A stretch of DNA of 64,000 nt from an uncultured Candidatus Saccharibacteria bacterium. GTDB taxonomy: Bacteria > Patescibacteriota > Doudnabacteria > UBA920. Position 1 is the first letter of the stretch, and every line of letters starts with the position of its first letter. The notes under the pieces are model-generated. The model saw only the letters and a list, made by a program, of their open reading frames with translations, searched no databases and was not told the DNA's origin. The DNA lies in contig CAZFTX010000005.1 of NCBI GenBank assembly GCA_964521955.1, forward strand, positions 804 to 64,803, read 5' to 3'. Below are positions 9,225 to 17,521 of this stretch, piece after piece. Position numbers and translations under genes: made by a program.

Positions 9225-9908
9225 ATGAAAGATATTAGTAAAGATTATTTTGACTGTCCTGTCTGTGGGGTAAAGAACGTTATGTATAAAATTGAGAGCG
9301 AAGACTTTGAAGAATACAAGGTAGATAATACCGAAGGAAAGCAAATTGGCGGTATAGTGCCGGAATGGATATTGTATGAAGTAAAGCACTTAATTTTACG
9401 TTGTAAGAGAACTGCTTGCGAAAGGCTGTCTTATTTTAAGGTTATTATAAAACTCACAGTACCAGGAACAGGTTTATTTCCGGACGAACTAATTTTTCAG
9501 TATCCAGCAGATCAAGTTGAGCTGCCAAATTATATACCAAACAATCTAAGAAAATATTTTAAAGAAGCCGTGGAAGCGTTTTCATTTGGCTTGCTGAACT
9601 CAGCTTCCGTGATGTGCCGAAAAGTCGTTTACGAGCTGTGTGATAAAAAAGCTGTTTCTGAGGATGATTACAAACAGAAAATATCTAATTTAGGGCTGGA
9701 TAAAAGAATAACAGACCCACTCCTAAACATAAAAAATATCGGTGACGAAACAGTTCATGCACAAGGATGGGATGCGGTTACAATAGGCAAGGCCATTGAG
9801 GCATTAAGAATTATATTGGACATGATATACATTCAAGAAGAAAGAATTAAAGATTTTACCAAGCATTATTCAAAGGAAAATCAAACAAGAAAACAAAATG
9901 AAACCTAG
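9225..9908 (+). CDS. Zn-ribbon plus DUF4145-like domain protein
   Basis: 227 aa; N-terminal CPVCG...CKRTAC zinc-ribbon-like motif and a C-terminal segment resembling DUF4145, which is often seen next to restriction/abortive-infection genes. Confidence 0.5.
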   Translation: MKDISKDYFDCPVCGVKNVMYKIESEDFEEYKVDNTEGKQIGGIVPEWILYEVKHLILRCKRTACERLSYFKVIIKLTVPGTGLFPDELIFQYPADQVELPNYIPNNLRKYFKEAVEAFSFGLLNSASVMCRKVVYELCDKKAVSEDDYKQKISNLGLDKRITDPLLNIKNIGDETVHAQGWDAVTIGKAIEALRIILDMIYIQEERIKDFTKHYSKENQTRKQNET

Positions 9909-10066
9909 TGAGTAAGCTTGTTATAAACTCCCCTTACCAACCTCCTTCGTCAAGACTTCGGACGGTCAAGAAGCCATCCAACTTCGCCTTCGTATAAAGC
10001 TATGGCGGATCTTCGAAAAGTTTCGGTAGGGCATTGTCGACTTTTACCGGGTCAAGGCCTAGAGCC

Positions 10067-10095
10067 TTGACATTAGGTGTAATTTAGTGTAAAAT
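10067..10095 (+). promoter_or_regulatory. sigma70-like promoter TTGACA-17-TAAAAT with ~125 nt leader before 10221 gene
   Basis: Consensus-like hexamers with 17 nt spacing; the -35 overlaps a GC-rich hairpin GTCAAGGC-CTAGA-GCCTTGAC. Confidence 0.45.
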
Positions 10096-10220
10096 ACAGG
10101 CGAAAAATATGTAATATATAAATAAAATTTTTATGCGGCATGAAGCCGTTTTCTTTTTGGGGAAATGACTTTTTGCGGCCTAAAGATTTTCGTGGTAAAT
10201 GGCCGACTTAAGGAGGCTGA

Positions 10221-10436
10221 ATGAAGAAGTTGTTCGCGTTGGGAGTAATAGTGGCGTTTCTGCTTTTGTACTATGGGGTGGCAATGCCATGGTTAATGCA
10301 CCTGGACGACGCTCCCCAGTTTGGGGAGTTGCATAAGGTCGCGAACTTTTGGGGGACGGTCATGCTAAGCCTTCTCCCGCTATTGGGAGCGTTGGCGGTG
10401 GTTGCCTGTCGGAAGTTTTACAGGCCAGTGAAGTAA
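10221..10436 (+). CDS. small membrane protein (2 TM), GC-rich module
   Basis: 71 aa; AGGAGG RBS; followed by terminator CCGGACAAC...GCUGUCCGG plus U7 at ~10470..10512. Confidence 0.45.
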   Translation: MKKLFALGVIVAFLLLYYGVAMPWLMHLDDAPQFGELHKVANFWGTVMLSLLPLLGALAVVACRKFYRPVK

Positions 10437-10577
10437 ACCACTCGTTCCCGCTGACCCAATTTGGCAAGTACCGGACAACACGCAAGTTCAAGCGGCTGTC
10501 CGGTTTTTTTATGTTAAGTTGTTGAATATGAATAAAAAAGGTATATAATTGAAATATAAATTAACGAAAGGGGTTTT

Positions 10578-10802
10578 ATGTGGGAAGGTTATCAAGCGTT
10601 GCCGTTGAATCCGCAAACAACCGTCCTGCTAGGTATCCTGGTTATTTGGAGCCTAGTTTGGAAAGGGATTGCTTTGTGGCGAGCGGCACGCAACGGCCAT
10701 AAGGCTTTCTACGTTATAATACTAATTGTAAATACAGTTGGTATTCTAGAAATAATTTACCTTTTAACCAAAGGTAAAAAACAATCTTCAGACATGGTCT
10801 GA
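10578..10802 (+). CDS. small membrane protein (2 TM)
   Basis: 74 aa hydrophobic ORF with Lys-rich tail; AGGGG lies upstream. Confidence 0.4.
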   Translation: MWEGYQALPLNPQTTVLLGILVIWSLVWKGIALWRAARNGHKAFYVIILIVNTVGILEIIYLLTKGKKQSSDMV

Positions 10803-10898
10803 GTTAGAAGTGTTGTTGGTTAAAAAAATACTCTATGCTTAAAAAGCGGAGTATTTTTTTAACTTGAAAAACAGCCTAAACTGGAACATACTATAAAT

Positions 10899-12005
10899 AT
10901 GAATTTTTTTAAGGTTTTGTATAAATATGTTTTTAAGCCTGTGGCGTTTAGGTTTGACCCGGAGTTAGTTCATGATTTAGTTGTAAGTTTAGGTGTGCGT
11001 TTAGGTAAACATAAGCTTACGAAAAAGACGGTGAGCTGGCTTTTTAAATATTCTTCGCCAGTTTTACAGCAGACATTGTTAGGTATTTCTTTTCCAAACC
11101 CAATTGGCTTAGCCGCAGGGTTTGACAAAAACGCCCAGCTGATAGAAATTTTGCCCGAAGTGGGTTTTGGCTTTGCAGAGTTAGGTTCTGTTACTGGTGA
11201 ATTTTGTGTAGGTAATCCCAAACCTAGACTTTGGCGTTTGCCTAAGTCAAAATCTTTACTGGTATATTATGGTTTAAAGAATGACGGTGCGGAAAAAATT
11301 GCCGTAAGAATAAAAGAACAGCTTGCAAGTAAGCAAGCTAAAATTCCTTTTGGAATTAGCGTGGCTAAAACCAATTCGCCAAGTACAGTTAGTTTGGTTG
11401 GTGGAATAAATGATTACATTAAAGCTTTTCGCAGCTTTGTAGAAATTGGCAGTTTTACAACCGTGAACATAAGTTGTCCAAATGCTTTTGGAGGACAGCC
11501 TTTTACAGAACCTGATATGTTGGAAGCCTTGCTTTTAAAGCTTGAAGAAATTCCCACAACAAAACCTACTTTTGTGAAATTTTCACCGGACTTGGATTTT
11601 AAAAAAATTGACGAACTTTTGGAAGTAATTGGACGGCATAAAATTCAAGGTATAATTTGCTCCAATTTAACAAAGAACAGAAATAACAAAAATATTTTGG
11701 AAACCAGTCCGTCCCAGCATGGCGGGTTTAGCGGTAAAGTTGTGGAAAGTTTGGCAAATGAACTGGTGGCATACGTTTACAAAAAAACTAAAGGCAAATA
11801 TGTGGTAGTGGGGTGTGGTGGGGTATTTTCTGCCGAAGATGCTTATAAAAAAATTAGACTAGGTGCTTCTTTAATACAGTTAATTACAGGTATGGTTTAC
11901 GAAGGTCCTCAAGTGGTAGGGGAAATAAATGCCGGTTTGGTAAAACTTTTGTTGAGAGATGGTTTTAAAAATATTTCAGAAGCAGTGGGTGTAGACAGTA
12001 GGTAA
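10899..12005 (+). CDS. pyrD: dihydroorotate dehydrogenase (quinone-type)
   Basis: 368 aa; GLAAGFDKNAQ, FGFAELGSVT and the C-terminal TIM-barrel motif GCGGVFSAEDAYKKIRLGASLIQL. Confidence 0.85.
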   Translation: MNFFKVLYKYVFKPVAFRFDPELVHDLVVSLGVRLGKHKLTKKTVSWLFKYSSPVLQQTLLGISFPNPIGLAAGFDKNAQLIEILPEVGFGFAELGSVTGEFCVGNPKPRLWRLPKSKSLLVYYGLKNDGAEKIAVRIKEQLASKQAKIPFGISVAKTNSPSTVSLVGGINDYIKAFRSFVEIGSFTTVNISCPNAFGGQPFTEPDMLEALLLKLEEIPTTKPTFVKFSPDLDFKKIDELLEVIGRHKIQGIICSNLTKNRNNKNILETSPSQHGGFSGKVVESLANELVAYVYKKTKGKYVVVGCGGVFSAEDAYKKIRLGASLIQLITGMVYEGPQVVGEINAGLVKLLLRDGFKNISEAVGVDSR

Positions 12006-12040
12006 AATTTGTTCTTTGGCCATGGTATAATACACTTTGT

Positions 12041-12913
12041 ATGGATATGAAAAAACCAAGTATAGATGGAATAAAAAAACCGCATATAAAAAAGACTTTT
12101 TTGGTTAAAAAACCACAAAAGTTTTTAAAAAAGCTGAGCATGGACGGTATTGGCAGATCCGTGAATTTGGCTAAGGCCAAAACAGTTTTAAAGAAAAAAA
12201 CTATAGTTAAAAGTGTTGTCCAGTCGGCAAAAATTAAGTTAAGTTGGAAGCAGTCTTTTAAACGCTTGCCGGTGGCAGTTACTGCCGTTTTAATGTTTGT
12301 TGCATTTAGTTTTGGTGTTTGGATAACAGTACAAACACCGAAGAGCGAGGCTCAGAGTAAAGAAGTTGTAACCCAAAGTCCGGCAGCGGGTATTGTGCCT
12401 TTACCAAGCGAACCGCCAGTAACTTTGGGTCCTATTGCTAGTGTGCCAAACGACGTACTATTTAACCTTTCTTTGGAACAGTTAGAAGCTTACCTTGTTA
12501 GTATTTCCAAAACTCCCGAAATGAAAGAAGCGGAAAGGTTGGCTGATAGAAAAAAGAAACTTAAAGAATATTTAGCTGAAAAGAAATCTCCTTTTGTGGC
12601 AATTGTCGATACCATAGCAGAGCTCAAACATTGGAAAATGGTTTTAGCCATTTCTAATTCAGAAAGTACTTTAGGTAAAAGATGTCATAGCAATAATTGC
12701 AGCGGTATTGGGGTGGAGCCTGGGCATCCCTTATGGCGGGAGTACCCCTCTACTAGGGAGTGGGCAAAGGACTTAGACAAGCTTTTAGAAAGACGTTACA
12801 AGGACTGGACTTTGGAAAAAATGAACGGTGTTTACAATCAGCCAGGTAGCAGTAATTGGCTCTTGGCTTCCAAGCAAATATTGGAAGAATTGCAGGAAAG
12901 AGATATAGAGTAG
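12041..12913 (+). CDS. hypothetical membrane-anchored protein
   Basis: 290 aa with a Lys-rich N-terminus, one TM and a C-terminal Cys/His/Trp-containing domain of unknown family. Confidence 0.5.
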   Translation: MDMKKPSIDGIKKPHIKKTFLVKKPQKFLKKLSMDGIGRSVNLAKAKTVLKKKTIVKSVVQSAKIKLSWKQSFKRLPVAVTAVLMFVAFSFGVWITVQTPKSEAQSKEVVTQSPAAGIVPLPSEPPVTLGPIASVPNDVLFNLSLEQLEAYLVSISKTPEMKEAERLADRKKKLKEYLAEKKSPFVAIVDTIAELKHWKMVLAISNSESTLGKRCHSNNCSGIGVEPGHPLWREYPSTREWAKDLDKLLERRYKDWTLEKMNGVYNQPGSSNWLLASKQILEELQERDIE

Positions 12914-13017
12914 CAAATGAACAAAAATGACCATAAATGATCAAGAATGACAAAAATTAATGCAGTTTAAATTTTGATTAATCATTAAATTTTTATTTAA
13001 TCCTGGACAATTATTTT

Positions 13018-14073
13018 ATGAAAAATATTTTGAAATTAGTTGGTGTTGGAGGACTTTTAGCGATTTTGTTTTTTTCAACTCAAAGTTTTAGCCAAAATGT
13101 AAAACTTAATCCAATTTTACCTGGAGTTAAAAGTTCGGGAACAATAACAGACGAACAGCAAGGAATTTTAGCTGTCCGTAAAATTAAGCCTTCGGTTGTA
13201 AATATTGTGGGGGAAAAAACCGGACCTTTTGCCGAGAGTACTATTTTTGGTACCGGATTTGTTTATACTAGTGATGGTTATATTATTTCTAACAATCACG
13301 TGGTTTCGGATTCTGAGAAAAAATATTATGTAGTTTTTGCCGATGGTAGTGAGTATGATGCCAGGGTTGTGGGTTTGGACAAGTTTAACGACGTAGCATT
13401 AATTAAAATAGAAAAGAAAGGCCTTACACCAGCAGTTTTAGGCAACTCAGATATTTTAGAAACCGGACAAACTGTTTTTGCCGTTGGAAATTCTTTGGGT
13501 AAGTATCAAAATACAGTTTCAAAAGGTGTAGTTTCCGGTTTAGACAGGGCTTTGGAAGTTGGGACCAGTTATGACCCCAAGCCGAGAATGTTAAATTTAA
13601 TACAGACAGACGCAGCAATTAACCCGGGTAATTCCGGCGGGCCCTTAATTAACATGGCAGGGGAAGTAGTGGGTATGAATACGCTCATTGACCAAGAGGG
13701 TAGGGGCTTGGGTTTTGCAGTGCCAGTAACGATTATTAAACAGAGCGTTGAACAGCTTAAAGCTTTTGGTAAAGCTTCCCGAGCTTACATGGGAGTGCAA
13801 TATGTAACTGTTAATAAAAGCATTCAGGCTTTACGTAGCTTAAGCACAAGTGACGGAGCATTTATTTCTTTTGTTGCACCAAACGCGCCTGCGAGTTTAG
13901 CCGGAATACAGCCGGGCGACGTTATTGTTGAAATTAACAGAGAAAAACTTACACAGCAAAGAGAATTAGATACCATAGTTTCAAAGTTTAAAGCCGGGGA
14001 CCAAATACTTATAGCATTAATGCGGAGTACGGAGAAAATAGAAACAACAGTAATTTTAGTTGAATACAAATAG
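13018..14073 (+). CDS. htrA: trypsin-like serine protease HtrA/DegP family with PDZ domain
   Basis: 351 aa; signal peptide, catalytic His (SNNHVV), GNSGGPL serine motif and a C-terminal PDZ-like segment. Confidence 0.85.
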   Translation: MKNILKLVGVGGLLAILFFSTQSFSQNVKLNPILPGVKSSGTITDEQQGILAVRKIKPSVVNIVGEKTGPFAESTIFGTGFVYTSDGYIISNNHVVSDSEKKYYVVFADGSEYDARVVGLDKFNDVALIKIEKKGLTPAVLGNSDILETGQTVFAVGNSLGKYQNTVSKGVVSGLDRALEVGTSYDPKPRMLNLIQTDAAINPGNSGGPLINMAGEVVGMNTLIDQEGRGLGFAVPVTIIKQSVEQLKAFGKASRAYMGVQYVTVNKSIQALRSLSTSDGAFISFVAPNAPASLAGIQPGDVIVEINREKLTQQRELDTIVSKFKAGDQILIALMRSTEKIETTVILVEYK

Positions 14074-14081
14074 TAGAATTT

Positions 14082-14270
14082 ATGCACCGTAGTTTTAGTC
14101 ACGGGCAAAGCCCGATGTCAAAAAACTACTCTGACCAATTTTCACTAAGTGACCTCTTCGGGGCTTTGTTAAAATATTCCGGTTTTTCTCACCGTACTAT
14201 AGTACGCCTCGAAACATCCTCATATTTTGCCTCGAATTTGGTGCAATGCTTAAATTCTATTCGGGGTTTA
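14082..14270 (+). repeat. dispersed structured repeat element, copy A
   Basis: Near-identical to 19441..19630, with a shared core CTTTGACCAATTTTCACTAAGTGACC[T/C]CTTCGGGGCTTTGTTAAAATATTCCGGT... Hairpins are CGGGC-AAA-GCCCG and CGTACTA-TAGTACG. Confidence 0.6.
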
Positions 14271-14290
14271 TAAAATTATATTTAAAGAGA

Positions 14291-14324
14291 AAACCGGCGC
14301 ATCTGTAGCAGATGGCCGGTTTTC
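14291..14324. terminator. bidirectional intrinsic terminator
   Basis: AAAACCGGCGCAUCUG-UAG-CAGAUGGCCGGUUUU, a long palindromic hairpin flanked by A and T runs. Confidence 0.55.
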
Positions 14325-14375
14325 GTTTCAGGAGTCAGCGCGAGCAAATATGACTGAGTTTGTATGATGGCGAAA

Positions 14376-14648
14376 TTAGTGAAGCTCGCTGTCCGTTCCT
14401 GATTTGCTGGCCACAATAACTGCTAGAAGCAGTAAAGCGGCCGTGACTGTAACAATGGATGCATGTTCGACTACGCGAACAAGTTCAGTAGCTTGCGCTA
14501 CCAAAACTAGCATGCTCACTGCCCTGGAAGCTAAGGTTAGCCTTCCGGTTTTCTGTAGTACTTTGTGGTTAGTAGCCTTGGTGGCTTTAAAACTCACAAA
14601 CAGAATCCCGAAAGCCACAGCTCCCAAGAAAATCAGGAACAGGTTCAT
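14376..14648 (-). CDS. small membrane protein, GC-rich module
   Basis: 90 aa with 2-3 TM helices; roughly 50% GC. Confidence 0.4.
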   Translation of the reverse strand: MNLFLIFLGAVAFGILFVSFKATKATNHKVLQKTGRLTLASRAVSMLVLVAQATELVRVVEHASIVTVTAALLLLAVIVASKSGTDSELH

Positions 14649-14714
14649 ATGACTCCTTTCTTCGCGCTTTTGTGAGGCGCAAAGAGGTATGAGAACCCCC
14701 TGTTAATTGTAAAG

Positions 14715-14900
14715 TTCAGTATTTAGTACCGCTACTTTTAGGTCTGGCAAAGCCAGCCCCCAAAAGTAGCTTTGGCCAATTTCTTTGTTAAAATGCTTTC
14801 GTTGATTCTCACCGTAGATCCACTACGGCTCGAATCATCCGCGCATTTTGTCGCGAACTTGGCTCAATGCCTAAATCCTGAAAATACGTTCCGCTATTCG
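14715..14900 (+). repeat. dispersed structured repeat element, divergent copy C
   Basis: Shares CTGGC-AAA-GCCAG, CCAATTTC-TTTGTTAAAAT, CTCACCGTAG-ATCCA-CTACGG and CGAACTTGGCTCAATGCCTAA with copies A/B. It lacks the CACTAAGTGACCCCTTCGGGGC insert. Confidence 0.5.
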
Positions 14901-15012
14901 GCGGAAGAAGCGAGTCCCTTTAATCGACATCGTCAACGCGGGGGACCTTGCAGTTTAATTAAATTTCTATGGGTTGTCAAACGCCCGTTTTAAGTGTTAA
15001 AATCTATTTAAT

Positions 15013-15948
15013 ATGTCTAAACAAAATGTGAGAAAAGTTATTATTATTGGTAGTGGTCCGGCAGGTTTAACCGCTGCTCTTTATGCAGCTCGCGCAGAGT
15101 TAAAACCTTTAGTTTTAGCAGGGCTTAACCCGGGTGGACAGCTTATGCAAACTACAGAGGTGGAAAATTTTCCCGGTTTCCCTCAAGGAATTATGGGTCC
15201 TGACTTAATGCAAAATATGATTAAGCAGGTTGAAAGGTTTGGTACGGAAATTTTAGCGGAAAATGTTGTAAAAGTAGACTTTGTAAATAGGCCATTTACC
15301 GTAACAACTGAAAAAGGTGAGTACAAGTGTGAGTCTGTAATTATTGCTACAGGCGCTGAGGCAAACTGGTTAGGTTTGCCAAATGAACAAAAACTTCGCG
15401 GTAAAGGGGTTTCTGCTTGTGCTACATGTGACGGGTTTTTCTTTAAAGGTAAGGACTTGGCTGTTATTGGCGGAGGAGACTCTGCAATGGAAGAAGCAAT
15501 GTTTTTAACTAAGTTTGCAAACAAGGTTACCGTGGTGCACAGAAGACACGAATTTAAAGCTTCTAAAATCATGTTAACTAAAGCTAAAGCCAATTCTAAA
15601 ATAGATTTTGTAACTAATGTTTTTGTGGTAGACGTGCTTGGAGAAACTGCTGTCTCGGGTTTAAAAATAAAAGACAATGAAACAGGACAAGAAAGAGACC
15701 TAGCTGTTCAAGGTGTGTTTTTGGCTATTGGTCACACCCCTGCCAGCAAGATTTTTAAAGAAGTGGGTTTGGAAACTGATGAGCGGGGTTATATGAAAGT
15801 TACTAACTATACCCATACTAGTATTCCGGGTGTTTTTGTTGCGGGCGACGTTTACGACTCTCGGTATCGTCAGGCGGTTTCAGCTGCCGGTTTGGGGTGC
15901 ATGGCTGCCTTAGACGCGGAAAAGTACCTGGCTTCACTGGAAGGATAA
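15013..15948 (+). CDS. trxB: thioredoxin-disulfide reductase
   Basis: 311 aa; GSGPAGLTAALYAARA FAD motif, CATCDG redox-active disulfide, GGGDSAMEEA NADPH motif. Confidence 0.9.
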   Translation: MSKQNVRKVIIIGSGPAGLTAALYAARAELKPLVLAGLNPGGQLMQTTEVENFPGFPQGIMGPDLMQNMIKQVERFGTEILAENVVKVDFVNRPFTVTTEKGEYKCESVIIATGAEANWLGLPNEQKLRGKGVSACATCDGFFFKGKDLAVIGGGDSAMEEAMFLTKFANKVTVVHRRHEFKASKIMLTKAKANSKIDFVTNVFVVDVLGETAVSGLKIKDNETGQERDLAVQGVFLAIGHTPASKIFKEVGLETDERGYMKVTNYTHTSIPGVFVAGDVYDSRYRQAVSAAGLGCMAALDAEKYLASLEG

Positions 15949-15950
15949 AA

Positions 15951-16400
15951 ATGAATAAAGAATTAGGAATTAAAATAACCGGTAAGGTTGTTAAGGGCAT
16001 GGGGTATGGAAAAATTTTAGGTTTTCCAACGGCAAATTTAGACCGCAGGGGTTACGTTTTAAAAAAATTAAAAGTTAAGCTTGGCATCTGGTCTGGTGAA
16101 GCAGTAATTTTACCACCCCGCCGCAAGCGGCCCTCCCCTCCTAAATTAGGAGGGGAAAGAAGGAAGGTCTATCAGGCAGCGATAGTTATTGGTCCTTTGG
16201 ACAAAAACAACCTGCCTAAAATAGAAGCGCATTTAATAGGGTTTAAAGGCAATTTATACGGAAAAAAAGTTGAATTGGTTTTAAAAAAATATTTACGCCC
16301 GTTTAAGAAGTTTAAAAATGTTGAAGATTTAAAAAAACAAATTATGTTAGATATAAAACAAATTAACCCCCGTTCGACCTGGTTTCGTCCGGGCAGGTAA
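15951..16400 (+). CDS. riboflavin kinase domain protein (RibF C-terminal domain-like)
   Basis: Start chosen at MNKELGIK (AAGGA RBS), 149 aa. The GFPTANL motif is typical of riboflavin kinase, and a basic insert PPRRKRPSPPKLGGERRK is present. Confidence 0.6.
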   Translation: MNKELGIKITGKVVKGMGYGKILGFPTANLDRRGYVLKKLKVKLGIWSGEAVILPPRRKRPSPPKLGGERRKVYQAAIVIGPLDKNNLPKIEAHLIGFKGNLYGKKVELVLKKYLRPFKKFKNVEDLKKQIMLDIKQINPRSTWFRPGR

Positions 16401-16431
16401 TTATTCTAAAAAGAATTAAGAAATAAAATAT

Positions 16432-17355
16432 ATGAAGCGCTTGGGACCTTACCTTATTTTTTTAGCCGCAATGCTTTGGGCAACTGACGCCCCCTTTAGA
16501 GTTCATTTAACCAAAGACTTAAACAGCAGCTTTATTGTTTTAGTGGAGCATTTTTTTGACGTTTTGGTAGTCTTGCCTATTTTACTATTTAATTTAAAAA
16601 CTCTTAAAACTTTTAAACTTAAGCAGTGGTTGGCGGTTTTGTTTATTGCTGTTGGCGGTTCGGCCCTAGCCAGCATAGCTTTTACCCAAAGTTTTAGTTT
16701 TGTAAATCCTTCGGTAGCAATTCTGTTGCAGAAACTTCAGCCTTTAATTGCAATTGGTTTAGCTTCTACTTTGTTGGGTGAGAGAGCAGGGAAACATTTT
16801 TGGATTTTTGCAGGCCTTGCTATGGCTGGGGCTTACCTAATTTCGTTTCCGGGACTTAAGCCTGAAATTTTTCCGGGCGAACAGTTTAACCCCAACCTTT
16901 GGGGTGTAGGCTTAGCTTTAGTTGCAGCGGTTTTGTGGGGAGCCTCTACGGTTTTGGGTCGTTACATGCTTTCAAAAGTGGATTTTAAAGTTATGACAAC
17001 TTTAAGGTTTTCCTTAGCTTTTGTGTTTTTGTTGCTACTTAACCTTTACAACAAAACCATTCCAGAACTTTCGAGCGTCTCAGGTAAGGACTGGTTTTAT
17101 CTATTTATAATTGCCGTAACTTCAGGTGTGGTTTCTTTATTTATCTATTACAAAGGTTTGGCTTTTACAAAAGCTTCCATTGCCACTTTAGCAGAACTTG
17201 GCTTTCCCATGGCCGCAGTTTTAGTGAACTGGATATTTATTCCGGGCTCAGCTTTGGTTAAAGTTCAAATTTTAGGCATGGCAATTTTACTTTTGGCAGT
17301 ATTCAACTTAAGTCGGGAAAACAACAACACCCCGGATGAACTGAGATTACCATAA
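16432..17355 (+). CDS. EamA/DMT family transporter
   Basis: 307 aa, ~10 TM, two EamA-like halves. Confidence 0.6.
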   Translation: MKRLGPYLIFLAAMLWATDAPFRVHLTKDLNSSFIVLVEHFFDVLVVLPILLFNLKTLKTFKLKQWLAVLFIAVGGSALASIAFTQSFSFVNPSVAILLQKLQPLIAIGLASTLLGERAGKHFWIFAGLAMAGAYLISFPGLKPEIFPGEQFNPNLWGVGLALVAAVLWGASTVLGRYMLSKVDFKVMTTLRFSLAFVFLLLLNLYNKTIPELSSVSGKDWFYLFIIAVTSGVVSLFIYYKGLAFTKASIATLAELGFPMAAVLVNWIFIPGSALVKVQILGMAILLLAVFNLSRENNNTPDELRLP

Positions 17356-17521
17356 AAATTAATTTACATGAGATTTCTGTGAATTAATGATTTAGTGATT
17401 GAGAAATCCAAAAATCAATGAATCAATATAATCAGAAAATTATATTGGTGGGTTTGACAATGACCGTAAAAGAGGGATAAAATGTAATGTTGATACACTT
17501 TTAAACATTAAATTTACAAAT

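Noticed and set aside
14082-14993. ORFs 14082..14273, 14404..14652 and 14772..14993
   Set aside because: The first and third coincide with the dispersed structured repeat element, whose copies show compensatory hairpin changes and indels incompatible with coding. The second is antisense to the small membrane gene.
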